From positions 47,492,001-47,556,000 of the forward strand of contig OX597833.1 in the NCBI GenBank assembly GCA_951406725.2: a DNA stretch of 64,000 nucleotides, read 5' to 3'. The stretch is from Octopus vulgaris (taxonomy: Eukaryota). A program made the translations under genes and the position numbers. Under the pieces are notes generated by a model. The model saw only the letters and a program-made list of their open reading frames with translations. It was not told where the DNA came from and made no database searches. This document shows, in pieces, positions 38,607 to 53,619 of the stretch; the first letter of the stretch is position 1; every line of letters begins with the position of its first letter.

Positions 38607-39099
38607 CTGAAAAAGAAAACACAGCGAAAATAGAATAAAGGTAGAATGAGGTAGGAAGACAAAAAGCGAAAATCATTTAGCCTCAGAGGAATTGGCAGCT
38701 GCTATAGACTTTTAGACTGGTGATGTTGATGTGGTGGACTGGGTAATGCTCATAGTCTTTTAAACTGGTGAGCTTTTGAACTCACTCTTGGCTATTATTT
38801 TTCCAATACTGAATATCAACTGCAACACAAACAGTACCTAAACTCCTGCATTAGGTTCACCAGTCCAAAATACTATGAATGCTACCTATTCCACCAAATC
38901 TAAATATTATTAAAAAAGAAAAAAAAAAGACACTTCTAACTCCAGAACGATAAAACTATTCTCTTGCATTTGGAACTATACATATTACATGCATAAATCC
39001 CCTTGCAGAGGAAACTATAGCTCTTAAAATAAGAATGGTCTCCTTGCATAAGGAGTTGTAAATTTTAAGATAAGGATGATTGCCTTGCATGAGAAACTA

Positions 39100-39660
39100 T
39101 TAGGTTGTCCGGAAAGTTCGTACCGATTTATAGTAGCTTCGACTTATTTTAGAACATGGTTGAGTCCATAAAATAGGATTTGAGTACACCTCCATTTAAA
39201 GCACAGTTTAAACTATCTTTTCATTGAAGAAGGTTTATGTTCCTATAACCTGTGTTAATTCTGTAACCCTTTAAATTGGAAGATAAGAAAGTTCATTTTC
39301 GGCACTTGATGCTTTGGGAACCTGAAAAAAATTGCTGCAGCTCAGCTGGGATGTGTTACCCCACCCTCCATATTCACCAGATATTGCTCCTTCAGGATTT
39401 CCACTAATTCAGATCTCTGCAGAATAATCTTAATGGTAAAATTTTCAATTGCTTGGATGACGTAAAAAGATACATTGATGAGATTTTTGCCATGAAACCA
39501 CGTCAATTCTGGGACGAGGGTATTTTCAAGTTAAAGGAAAGATGGAGATGCATTGTGCAACAAAATGGTTCATATTTGGTTGATTAAAAATGTAATGGCA
39601 AGTACTTATTGACCTTTTTCTTTCCTTTAAAAATTGGGACGAACTTTCCGGACAACCCAA
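39100..39660 (+). mobile_element. Internally deleted mariner element
   Basis: TA TSD; TIRs tt(a/g)ggttgtccggaaagttcgt; remnant WDVLPHPPYSPDIAPS…LQNNLNGK…WRCIVQQNGSYL. Confidence 0.92.
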
Positions 39661-39873
39661 TACATATTTGAAAATAAGAAAAAAATGATTGTGCTTATAA
39701 CAAATTTTTCTAAATATTCTACACACATCAAAGTTGTCCTATTTCTTCAATTCAAAAACTTTTATTAAAAATTGCATGCATAATTTCTTAGTTAAATAAT
39801 AATTTCTAGATTAATTGATTAGATAAACCTGTTACTTGAAGAATCTTATTTTATGAAGCAAAATGAGACTTAC

Positions 39874-40275
39874 CAATAATAGACAATAAAAAAGCAGCAT
39901 TTGAAGGTTTAATATTTAACTCTACAGTAGCTCGATCCCGAAGGAAGACAAAAGGAATAAAGTATCCAAGAAAAACTAGTATATTTCCAAGGCAAATTAT
40001 TCCAAAAGCTGGATCAATTAATAATGAAAAATCTAACATTTCTCTTAAAGTATCTTTGGCAGTTTTTGGGATACAAATGAAATCCCAGAAAAGTGATGTC
40101 TTTTCAGCTGGAATCATTCCTGGGATAGTTGTGATGCTTGTGATGTATGAAGTCATGTCTGGCTGTGACTGAAACTGAGGTATATGTACAATGCTGCCAC
40201 TGTAGAAAATATCTTTTCGGTAAAGGGGCCGAGCATAATCTTCCTTTGGTATGATCAATTCTTTGTTTGACCTCA
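39874..40275 (-). CDS. SLC16/MCT-like transporter exon (end of central loop, TM7-8)
   Basis: ttttttag|tgagg…attattg|gtaagt; 402 nt; RPLYRKDIFYSGS…DTLREMLDFSLLIDPAFGIICLGNILVFLGYFIPFVFL…AAFLLSIIG. The acceptor could alternatively be at 40271. Confidence 0.93.
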
Positions 40276-40769
40276 CTAAAAAAGATGAATTAAAAATAAA
40301 ATAAGTAATTTGATGAACTATTAACAAAGTTCCTTACAATTAAACTATCACATGAAAATTCAAACAATGTAAAAAACTTAAAACAACAAAATGTAATCTT
40401 ACTTTATTCTAATAGCACTTAACATAAAAATACTCATGACAATTATTAGAAAATTTCTTTAATAATTTACGAATATATGTATAAATATTCTTATTCATTA
40501 TCACATACAAATTTGAACATAGTAAAATTATATTCTAAAACTATGTACGCATTAATAAGACATAAATATATTTACTCAGAGTGAGTGAGACACATTTTGC
40601 AACACAGAAAATTCCAACAGTAATATGTAATCTGTAAAGCAAAACCTATTTTCTCATGGAAATTGAGGGAGAAAACAGGTTTGGCAGACTTACTGCTTCA
40701 TATACAAATTAGGGATTAATTCAGTCTACATTGAAGAAATTTGGTATGAAATCTTGAAAACTTTCATTC

Positions 40770-40801
<32 letters not shown>

Positions 40802-41409
40802 GTATACATATATGTATATAAATATATATACATATATATATATACATACATATACATATATGTATGCATATATATATATACATATATGTACATATACATA
40901 CATATACATATATGTATACATATATGTACATATATATACATATACATAAATGTATATATATGTACATACATATATATACATAGATGTATTTATATCTATA
41001 CATACATATATATATATATACATAAATATATACATATATATATGAATACATATATATATATATATACATACATACATATGTACGTATACATATATATACA
41101 TACATATACATATTGTTGTCAATTGCTCAAGATTTGGAGTAGATGAACAGCTGACAACTGATGAAGGGTTGTTCTATATATTACTAGTCTTGTTTTCTAT
41201 TTGTTTCGCTCATTGTTCGCAAACCCATGTTTTTCCTCGTAATTCATGTTGTTTTTGTATTTCATGTTGTTTTTGTGTTTCATGTTGTTTATATGTTTAC
41301 ATCCTGTACCCACATATGCATATATATATATACATAATAATAATATTAGGAAGTATAACTCCAAACTTACAGGGAAAAATTCAATTTAGTATTAAATCAA
41401 ATTTCACAA

Positions 41410-41735
41410 TATAAATATATATTATATATAAATTAGAGAAAAACCACTATTATGCAATTCAAACAATGATAGACATAAACCAAATCATAAAGAAAAAATA
41501 AAATATATTATAAAATATATAACTAGATCACAAAAAGTACAAAAATGAATAAACAATATATAATAAGTAAAAAGTACTTATTATATAACGTTTATTCATT
41601 ATTTTGTACTTTTTAGGATCTAGATATGCCTTATAATATATTCTATTTTTTTCTATATGATTTGGTTTATGTCAATCATTGTTTGAATTGAATAATAGTG
41701 GTTTTTCTATAATTTATATATATTATATATAAATA
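41410..41735. repeat. Imperfect ~160-bp-arm palindrome
   Basis: gaaaaaccactatt…aattcaaacaatgat…aaaagtacaaaa mirrored by ttttgtacttttt…atcattgtttgaatt…aatagtggtttttc, with the centre near 41570. Confidence 0.8.
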
Positions 41736-41944
41736 TATATATATATATTAATCAATATAAGGGTAGCAAAAAATTCAATAGAAATTTTTTCGCCACCAGC
41801 GGTCTAGTGAGAAAGAGAAAATAGTCACAGATTATATATATATAATTTCAACAATATTAAGGAACGGCCCCGATAGGCCATTCGACCCACTAGAAAGAGC
41901 AGCCAAGACTCAAACCGCTAAATAGTAGTAATTCAGAAATCAAA

Positions 41945-42868
<924 letters not shown>

Positions 42869-42873
42869 TTATT

Positions 42874-42909
<36 letters not shown>

Positions 42910-43233
42910 CACACATTTATTTATATATATATATATATATGTGTATATATATATATACACACATTTATATATATATATGTATATATATATATATACACAC
43001 ATTTATATATATATATATATATAAATACACATTTATATATATAACATCATCCTTGTATACGACTGGCATATTATGTTGGCAAATAAACTTTAGTATTTGG
43101 TACTGTTACTGCATATCTTTCATTCAAAGATTTAAAACAAGTTGTTTTTCTCTTTACAAGATCAGCAACTGTGTGCCACTTAAAAAATATATAGCATTTG
43201 CAAGTGAAGTCCCCATCACTAGCTGGTGATTGT

Positions 43234-43275
43234 CTTTCACTGAGGACAGGTAACTCAGAAACCTAGGTCTGTGAG
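43234..43275 (+). ncRNA. Minimal hammerhead motif, slightly degenerate
   Basis: CUUUCA CUGAGGA CAG(guaa)CUCA GAAA CCUAGG UC UGUGAG: palindromic ACCUAGGU, GUC triplet, weak stem II. Confidence 0.6.
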
Positions 43276-43499
43276 TATCACATAAGGTTAGTGATGGGAG
43301 CGATGACCTCCCTTGCATACACTATATGGGCACAAACTCTGTGTCGGTAGCGAACTGGAAAAGATGTTTTCCCAGGCCTAAAAGACAGTAACATCATAGA
43401 GGACTGCCACATTATGCTGGCAAATAAACTTTACTATGTGTGTGTGTGTATATATATGTGTGAATATATACACATATATATACATGTATATATATATAC

Positions 43500-43547
<48 letters not shown>

Positions 43548-43586
43548 ACACACATACACATGTACATATATACATACATATGAACG

Positions 43587-43785
43587 ACCTCGTGTGTACC
43601 GTTGGCGATGATTTTTGTTCCTCTGTCTTCCCTTCTCTGGATTTTTCCATCTCCTATGTTTCCGATGAAGAGCTCCGCTCGAAACGTTAAACCCTCCTTT
43701 CCTGAGCATCCAATAATACTATATTTGTTCCACATACTCACGTTGTTGTGTTTTTTGTGCTTTCTTGTTTGGATTAACTTTATAT
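43587..43785 (+). mobile_element. Second copy of the ~200-bp Penelope-like repeat with hammerhead variant (43658-43692)
   Basis: GUUU CCGAUGA A GAGC(ucc)GCUC GAAA CG UU AAAC; embedded in TA-rich microsatellite. Confidence 0.65.
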
Positions 43786-43927
43786 ACATATATACATATA
43801 TACACACATATATACATACAAACATATATATATATATACATACATATGAACATATATATATATACATACATATATACATAAATATGTACATATATATACA
43901 TACGTACACACACACATATACATATGT

Positions 43928-43980
<53 letters not shown>

Positions 43981-44903
43981 CAGATTTTATACAAAAGTCC
44001 ACAATGAAAATTCACTTTAATCCCAATTTGAACATGATGCAATAAGGCAGCTTTACTATTGCAAACGTATCACTCTATTAGCTTAAACTATCAATACTTT
44101 AAACTACGGAGAGTCTCATAAATATTCAATGTTTGTAATATTACTAACAATGAGCATTTAAATACAGTACAATTATACACGATATAGACTTATATAATAT
44201 TTATATGTTGCATCTATAATTATATCAATGATAATTATTAGTTCTTGAATTGTTTCAGACTTATTTATTTAAAACTTCAACATCAACACTTATCTAAGAC
44301 ATGTTTAATTCTAATTAAGAATATATTCAAATTATCTATACATTTTTTAAAGAAATTCAATTCTATAATTCTACAATGAAAATGTTAAAAAAAAAAAAGT
44401 CAAGACAGTTTTTAGAAGCATATTTATTTCCAATATTTAAAAGAACGACACATGATATAGGTCAAAACAATTGGTAAAACTTTAAGTAAAATATATTTTA
44501 ATCTAAGCTACCAAAGAATTAAGTTATTGCCTATACTGTTCACTAGATACTATTAATAAAGACTAAGAACAACTAAGAAAATATTCTAAAAACCTTAACA
44601 CACACACATTCTTTCTATATCTCGCTCTCTCCGTCACACACTCATATGTATACACTATTCCCCATTATGTTACTGCACAGTGTCTGTACATGCTATTATA
44701 TTAGGAATCAAAAACTTTTATGAAGCTGAAGCATTAAAGAATAATCATGCACCCCATTATATGGTCATGCTGTCCCAGCACATACTAACATATAATGAGA
44801 TTTCTAAGCGTTTTTGCAGAAAAGGAAGTATTGTTTAGGCTTATTTCATGTACAGAGTGTTCCCAGCTGAAACCCACCTCTAGCTTTAGAAATATTCTCA
44901 CAT

Positions 44904-45570
44904 TACAGCTAGGACAGGGGAATCCATAATAGTACAGCTAGGACAGGGGAATCCATAATAGTACAGCTAGGACAGGGGAATCCATAATAGTACAGCTAGG
45001 ACAGGGGAATCCATAATAGTACAGCTAGGACAGGGGAATCCATAATAGTACAGCTAGGACAGGGGAATCCATAATAGTACAGCTAGGACAGTGGAATCCA
45101 TAATAGTACAGCTAGGACAGGGGAATCCATAATAGTACAGCTAGGACAGGGGAATCCATAATAGTACAGCTAGGACAGGGGAATCCATAATAGTACAGCT
45201 AGGACAGGGGAATCCATAATAGTACAGCTAGGACAGGGGAATCCATAATAGTACAGCGAGGACAGAGGAATCCATAATAGTACAGCTAGGACAGGGGAAT
45301 CCATAATAGTACAGCGAGGACAGGGGAATCCATAATAGTACAGCTAGGACAGGGGAATCCATAATAGTACAGCTAGGACAGTGGAATCCATAATAGTACA
45401 GCTAGGACAGGGGAATCCATAATAGTACAGCGAGGACAGGGGAATCCATAATAGTACAGCGAGGACAGGGGAATCCATAATAGTACAGCTAGGACAGGGG
45501 AATCCATAATAGTACAGCGAGGACAGGGGAATCCATAATAGTACAGCTAGGACAGGGGAATCCATAATAG
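44904..45570. repeat. Minisatellite, 23 copies of a 29-bp unit
   Basis: Unit TACAGCTAGGACAGGGGAATCCATAATAG; 667 bp = 23 x 29; only point variants (GCT/GCG, GGGG/GTGG/GAGG); no spacers. Confidence 0.97.
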
Positions 45571-45995
45571 ATAATAATTTTAAGGAGGTAACAATTTTGG
45601 ATCTGGGTGTTTAAGTTTCTATATGCTCAGGACCCTGAATCGATGGAGGGGGAGGGGACTCAAACACAAGGGCTGCTCTGAGGAGAACACATTTTAGTTA
45701 CACTACAGCACATTGCTATATGAGCACCATAAGCATTTTAGCAAAGATATATACTAATTTTTTTCTTTTACTCAGTTCAGTTATTTAACTGCAGCCATGC
45801 TGGGGCACTGCCTTGAAGAGTTTTAGTCGAAGATATCGATCCCAGGACTTATTTTTTGAAGCCTAGTACTTATTCTATCAGTCTTTTTTGCTGAACCACT
45901 AAATTACAGAGATGTAGATACACCAACACCAGTTGTTAAATGGGGGTGGGCAACAAACACAGACACACATAGATATACACATACACATGTATGTG

Positions 45996-46038
<43 letters not shown>

Positions 46039-46252
46039 TCTTTTTACTCTTTTACTTGTTTCAGTCATTTGACTGCAGCCATGCTGGAGCACCGCCTTTT
46101 AGTCAAGCAAATCGACCCCAAGACTTATTTTTTGTAAGCCTAGTACTTATTCTATCGGTCTCTTTTGCCGAACCACTAAGTAACGGGGACGTAAACATAC
46201 CAGCATCAGTTGTCAAGTGATGTTGGGGGGACAAACGCAGACACACAAACAC

Positions 46253-46303
<51 letters not shown>

Positions 46304-46559
46304 CAATGGGCTTCTTACAGTTTCTGTCCACCAAATCTACTCACAAGGCTTTGGTTGGCCTGAGGCTATAGTAGAAGACACTTGCCCAATGTGTCATACA
46401 GTGGGATCAAACCTGCAAACACGTCGTTGGTAAGCAAGATTCTTATTGCACTGCCATGCCTGCACCAGAAATGTCCACAAGCAGGTGAATGGGGTTCACA
46501 GAAACCCATCCAATACGTCCCAAGATATTCATGAATTACTATTAACTAACTCACAGTAT

Positions 46560-47133
46560 ATATTTCTTTACTACCTACAAGGGGCTAAAAAAAAAAGGGA
46601 CAAACAAGGACAGACAAAGGGATTAAGTCGATTACATCGACCCCAGTGCGTAACTGGTACTTATTTAATCGACCCCGAAAGGGTGAAAGGCAAAGTCGAC
46701 ATGGGCGGAATTTGAACTCAGAACGTAACGGCAGATAAAATACCTATTTCTTTACTACCCACAAGGGGCTAAACACAGAGGAGACAAACAAGGACAGACA
46801 AACGGATTAAGTCGATTACATCGATCCCAGTGCGTAACTGGTACTTAATTTATCGACCCCGAAAGGATGAAAGGCAAAGTCGACCTCGGCAGAATTTGAA
46901 CTCAGAACGTAACGGCAGATAAAATACCTATTTCTTTACTACCCACAAGGGGCTAAACACAGAGGGGACAAACAAGGACAGACAAAGGGATTAAGTCGAT
47001 TACATCGACCCCAGTGCGTAACTGGTACTTAATTTATCGACCCCGAAAGGATGAAAGGCAAAGTCGACATGGGCGGAATTTGAACTCAGAACGTAACGGC
47101 AGACGAAATACGGCTACGCATTTCGCCCGGCGT
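46560..47133 (-). mobile_element. Family-B SINE chain, three units
   Basis: Junction aaatacc|tatttcttta on the + strand near 46745 and 46928. Confidence 0.85.
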
Positions 47134-47844
47134 GAGTCCCACCTACCACAAAGGCACGCTTCAATTACAAACGCCCATCAACTGCTTTTCGACCATGAAG
47201 TTTGGTCTCAATCGAAGTAATAACTCTACTCTGAAGGCAAATCCAAGCACTCATTGGTTAGCATGACTGACAGCTGCCCCATACGAAAATTAGCATTTAG
47301 CACCGTATATAATTGGTATATTTGTGTAGCATTTATACATTCTTCAATCTAATTGTTATTCATTTTATCACTCGTTTGTTCATTAATTCAGTTTTAATTG
47401 CTTATTCATTTTAATTACTTATAGGTCAATTGATCCGATTGGGCATAAAAAAACGTATGCAAATACATATTGTATATATTGTATACATGTACGTATGTAT
47501 AAGTATTAGTATGCACAAACATACATATATATATATATATGGATACAGAATTATATATATATATATGTGTGTGTTCTTATATATATATATATATATGATA
47601 AACGTGCATACAAAAAAATGAAGTGGACAGACGTATAGATGAGCTCATTGAAACTTTCTCCAGTCCATTAAGAGTTACCTCTCTTTATTAAGAGAACGAC
47701 CACATATTTGCTGTCAGCCATCTTTTTTGTCATCCAGAGCGAGATGTTTGAAAGACAAGGATTTTCCTGTCTAGCAAAACTCAGCGTTACTGGTGAACTG
47801 TCTAGCCCAACAAACCCACTTATACACATATTCACACACACACC

Positions 47845-49015
47845 CCTAAATTATGGGGACGTAAACAAACCAACACTAGTTGTCAGACAGTGGGGCTGGG
47901 GGGAAACAAACACACATATATACATATACTCTTTTACTGGTTTCAGTCATTTGACTGCGGCCATGCTGGAGCACCGCCTTTAGTCGAGGAAATCGACCCC
48001 CCCCCCAGGACTTATTCTTTGTAAGCCTAGTACTTATTCCATCGGTCTCTTTTGCCGAACCGGTAGGTTACGAGGACGTAAACACACCAACATCGGTTGT
48101 CAAACGATGTTGGGGGGACAAACACAGACACACACATATATATATATACATATATACGACGGGCTTCTTTCAGTTTCTGTCTACCAAATCCACTCACAAG
48201 GCTTTGGTCGGCTCGAGGCTATAGTAGAAGACACTTGCCCAAGGTGCCACGCAGTGGGACTGAACCCGGAACCATGTGGTTGGTAAGCAAGCTATTTACC
48301 ACACAACCACTCCTGTGCCTACGTGGAGTGTTCAGGATGAATTTGACTCTTTTTTTTGTTTCTTTTTTTTTCTGGAATAGCTTGATGTATTGGGGACCAG
48401 CCAATGGCTTTGGAGTGCATAAAGGTTAAAGTTGCAGTTGAGACAAAGTTAGCTGACATGGAGGACTGGAAGTCAGCTAAATATTGGAAAAAAGTTACCT
48501 GTATCATAATGATTCAAGCCAGGTATCAAAATGTTTTCTTTTATGCAAACTGTCAAACTTAGGTGGAACACCCTGTATGATAGTGTTCTTTCAGTTTTCC
48601 CTATATCAAATCTATTCACAAGAATTTGGTCAGTCCAGAGCTATAATAGAAGACACTTGCCCAAGGTGCTGCACAGTGGGTCTGAACCCAGAACCATGTA
48701 TAAGAAGAAAGCTTCTTATCCGCATAATTATGGCTGCACCTACATATATACATATACACACACATAAATTTTCATTATTGTCATCATTTTTTACTTTTTA
48801 CTTGTTTCAGTCATGTGATTGTGGCCATGCTGGAGCACCACCTTTAGTCGAGCAAATCGACCCTGGGACTTATTCTTTGTAAGCCTAGTACTTATTCTAT
48901 CGGACTCTTTTGCCGAACTGCTAAGTTACGGGGACGTAAACACACCAGCATCGGTTGTCAAGAGATGTTGGCGGGACAAACACAGACACACTGACATATA
49001 CACACACTGACATAT

Positions 49016-49052
<37 letters not shown>

Positions 49053-49222
49053 CATACATATATAGGACGGGCTTCTTTCAGTTTCTGTCTATCAAATCCA
49101 CTCACAAGGCTTTGGTCGGCCCGAGGCTATAGAAAACGCCCAAGGTGCCACGCAGTGGGACTGAACCTGGAACCATGTGGTTGGTAAGCAAGCTACTTAC
49201 CACACAGCCACTCCTACGCCTA
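47845..49222 (-). mobile_element. Cluster of family-A SINE copies
   Basis: Full copies near 47928-48320 and 48790-49222, plus fragments. Confidence 0.8.
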
Positions 49223-49844
49223 TTTTTATGTATGCTTTCCAAGATGAAATGGGGTGGACGTTTTGACAGTATCCAACAGTTCAGAACACTACACCTTGTT
49301 CCAGTCTCTCAGTGTTGACATTGTTGCTATGGCTGGATGCCCTTCCTAATGCCAACCCCTTTACAGAATGTACAAGCACAACGCATAATACCCATAATGT
49401 GTATACATACATGCATATGTACATACATATTCTTTTATTCTTTCCTTTACTTGTTTCAGTTATTTGACTGTGGCCATGCTAGAGCACTGCCTGTATAAAC
49501 AATTTATTTGTTGTTGTTAATTAATCTGTTGTTAATTAATCGAAAAATACAAAACATTTACTAATGGTGAGATTCTAATTCTTTTAGTTCAATCAAATTT
49601 ATTAGTGGTTTTGTGTTGACAGGGACTTCAAGTTTAACAGTTTAAGACTTTGCTTTAACTGCTTGTTCAACCAGTTGATCAAGCAGCTAAGGCAAAATTT
49701 AAGTCCCTGTCCAGTTAAGGGTGAAAGCAGTTAAGGTAAACATTTATGTTATTGAGTCTCTGTCCAACCCATTCTAGCACGGGAAAGTTAACATTAACAA
49801 ATTAATAGTAATGGAATGATGAAGGGTCACAAAGTTATATGTTA

Positions 49845-50736
49845 CAAGGTCTTATCAATAAGAATCTGGACTGATGAAGCTAAAATCTGGAGTGATGAAG
49901 CTAAAACACACAGAGTAAAGCTGCTTGGCAAAAATTGACTTTGAACTTTGCTGTGCATGCACACTAAGTTTTAATGTTCTGGCTCATACTGTTTACGGCA
50001 GTACTTCAAAGGAAGGTGTGTAGCATGTGATCGTCACATTGCCCATGACTGAGAAAGTTGTCGAGGCGATACCTGCTAAGAGGCCTATGCAATGTTTGCA
50101 GAAAGTGTATGGCGTGGATTGTATGAGCCACACACAAGTGTACTTGTGATTCAGACATTTCCAAGATGGCTAACAAAATGTTGATACTGACGAACGTTCT
50201 GGGAGACCTGCAACCAACAGAACTGAGAAAAACATCACAGAGGTGCATGCAGCTGTGAGGGTAAATCATCGAATCACCATTTGCCAGCTATCAGAGGATG
50301 TGCAGATTACAGTTCAGTTCAGTCCATTATCACTGAAGATTTGAGTATGAGACGCGTGTCTGCCACGTTTGTGCCAAAACTGCTTTCAGCTGACCATAAA
50401 TACACTCAGGTTTCAGTTGCACATGATCTTGATTGTGTTGAGAATGACGAACATTTTTGAAACCTTTGTGTATGCTTCTGAGCAGGTATCACCAAGCTTT
50501 TGGCAAAATTTGATGCAGATTCTCTGCTCATCTGTCTCTGTCATGGTCAATGCAATAATCACACGCTACATACCTTCCTTCCAAGCATTGCTGTAAACAG
50601 CAGAAGTGAGCTAGAACGTTAAGACTTAGTGTGCATGCACAGCAGAGTTTAATGTCAATATGTGCCAAGCAGCTTCACTCTGTGCCTTAGTTTCATTACT
50701 ATGGCAACAGTCTGGATACTTATTGATCAGGCCACA
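49845..50736. mobile_element. Mariner-derived element built from two convergent 5' ends
   Basis: TA flanks; ~200-bp inverted arms; transposase N-terminus on + (…DERSGRPATNRTEKNI…MRRVSATFVPKLL) and on - (MTETDEQRICIKFCQKLG). Confidence 0.8.
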
Positions 50737-53619
50737 TACTTCTGCAACCTAGGGTCACTAACACAATCCCACTGTTTTTCTAAATAAACTGTACTATTAT
50801 TAGGAAATAAATGAAAAGTGAATATTATAGTGCTTTGTGTGTTTGTGTGTGTGAGTATATGTTTTCATTTATTTTGTTTTATGTGTTCCAGCCCAAAGGC
50901 TCAGGCCATGTTGGAGCATTGCCACTTTAGAAAAATATAGAATGCTTCATGAATTTGCATGTCATCCTTGTGTGTGTGTGTGTATGTGTGTGTGTGTGTG
51001 TATGTGTTCTTCATTAGTTAAAATAACTCTCAGTACAATTATCTATGTTTTGACACAATCTCAGTTCAAGTCATTTGCCTAATGATGTACAACTCACATA
51101 TTTTATTTTAAATATTTCTAAATTAAAAATAGAAAGAATTTAGAAAATTTTTTTTTAAATATCAAATCTAAATATATCTGTCTGTTAACAAAATATTGTT
51201 GTGATACACATAGCTCCTACTTTACTGAAGAGAGAGAGAGAGAGAGAGAGAGAGACAATATAATGGTAACTCATCTATTTTATACTTGTTTTTGCAGTCA
51301 TTTGACTGTGGCCATGCTGGGGCAATCCTTTAAAGAGTTGAGTCAAAACAAATTGACCTCAGTACTTATTTTTGAAGTTTGGTACTTATTCTATGAGCCC
51401 AACTGCTAAGTTACAAGGACATAAACAAACCTACACTGATTACCAAGTGGTAGAGATGGGCGAGGGGCAGACAAACACAAGCACACACATGATGGGCTTC
51501 TACACTGTTTCTACTTGCCAAGTTCACTTACTAGGTACTGGTTGTCCCAGGGCTATAGTAAAAGACACTTGCCCAACCCCAAATCCCATGACTGAAAAGT
51601 GAACTTAACCACACCACCACGCCCATGCATGCATCATAAACTTATTAAGTTCTTAATTAAAATTTTTTTTTTAATTGAAAGAGGTCAGTGCCCACAGTAC
51701 CCTTGACCTTTGACTTGACAGAGCCCCCGAGACTAGTACAGGTGAAGGAGAAAGTATCCTCAAACCAGACATTTGGCCTGAAGTCTTGCAACAGAGGAAA
51801 GTCTGCTAAAGGTATCCAAAGTGCCAAGTTTAACAGCATGTTAAATAAAACAGTGTGATAGATTGAGTCCACAACCAAAGTTCCTTCTAGTTTTTCTTTT
51901 TTTTTTTTTGCAAAGGATCATTATCATCATCATAATTTTCCATGTCCATTTTCCATGCTGGCATGAGTTGGATGATTTGATAGGAGCTGGCCAGCCGGAG
52001 TTGCACCAGGCTTCAATTGTCTCTTTTGTCATTGCTCCTACAGCCAGATGCCCTTCCTAACATCAACCTCTCTACAGAGTACACTAAGTGCCATTTATGC
52101 GGCACCAGCATGGCTGAACACAAAAATTCACTTCATTTAAAACTTTGGGGCTTTTTTTTTTTTTTTTTGCAATTTTGGTTTTTTTTTTTATTTGATGCAA
52201 GTAACTATCAATCAAGTTTCTTCAGTTAAAAATTTTGATTTCATCTCGGAAACCTTATATATACTTTTACACTTTTACTTGTTTCAGTCATTTGACTGGG
52301 GCCATGCTGGAGCACCGCCTTTAGTTGACCAAATCGACCCCGGGACTTATTCTTTGTAAGCTTAGTACTTATTCTATCGGTCTCTTTTGCCGAACCGCTA
52401 AGTTACGGGGACCTAAACAAGCGATGTTGGGGGAACAAACGCAGACACACAAACATATGTATATACACATATATAGATAGGCTTCTTTCAGTTTCTATCA
52501 ACCAAATCCACTCACAAGGCTTTGATCGACCCGAGGCTATAGTAGAAGACAATTGCCCAAGGTGTCACGCAGCAGGATTGAACCCTGAACCATATGGTTG
52601 GTAAGCAAGCTACTTTACTACACAGCCACTCCTGTGCACATATTCTTTCCTTGTGCTTTAGATGTAAAACATGTGTGCATGCACACAGCTTAGAGAGAAC
52701 ACTGTCTACTGCTCATGCAGACCATTATGGGATTTAAACATAGAACGGAAAGAATTGAAATGCTGCAAATCATCTGGTCCAATGTTCTTACATCATCTTC
52801 GTTGTTCTAATATCCATTTTTCCATACTTGTATAGATCAGATGCAGTTTATTGAGACAGTTTCTTTTTTGTAGTTAGATGTCCTTCTTGTTGCTAACACT
52901 GACCTGTTTCCAAGCAAGGTAATATTCTCCTGTAGCCAGACATGTTTCTGCAGAATATTGGAAAAAAACTGGACACCACTTGCGTGACAGTGACACTCAT
53001 TTACAGCTATGATGCAATGTCAAGACAAGTAAAACACACACACACACACACACATACACATACACAAGATATATGAAGGTTTCCTTTCAAAATCCACCTA
53101 CCATAAGGTTTTGGTTAGCCTGAAGTAAAACAACAGTAAACATTTGCCCAAGGTTGCCATGCAGTGGGACTGAACCCAAAAACATCTGGTTGGGAAGCAA
53201 ACTTCTTAACCACAGAGCCATGGCAGCACCAATCTCATAATTCTTACAGTTCTACCAATTCACCTTGCAGGGTTGGTATTTTTTTTTATCAATACAGAAA
53301 GGATGAAAAGCAAAGCTAACCTTAGCAGGATTTGAACTCAAAATGCAGAGAGCTGAAACAAAAACTGCAAAGCAATCTTTTCTGTTCAGTGTGCTAAAAA
53401 CTCTGCCAAATCATTGATTTGCTGTATATTTGAAGGATAGGATTGGATTGCCTATGTTTAGTCCACTGCAGGACGAAGGCCTCAGCATATTCTCTCCACC
53501 AACCATAGTCTGATGTGGAGGCTGGGAATTTGAGCTTAAGGTCATGTTGGTTTGATGAGCCTACTCTTCCACACTGGTTCACCACGGCTTGGCAGACGGA
53601 TGCAGTTTTTATTTTTATA

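Noticed and set aside
41150-41196. Hammerhead (GACAA CUGAUGA…GUC UUGUU)
   Set aside because: The GAAA core segment and stem II are missing; at most a relic.
44904-45570. CRISPR-like array (29-bp repeats)
   Set aside because: Units are directly adjacent with no unique spacers, there are no cas genes, and the context is eukaryotic.
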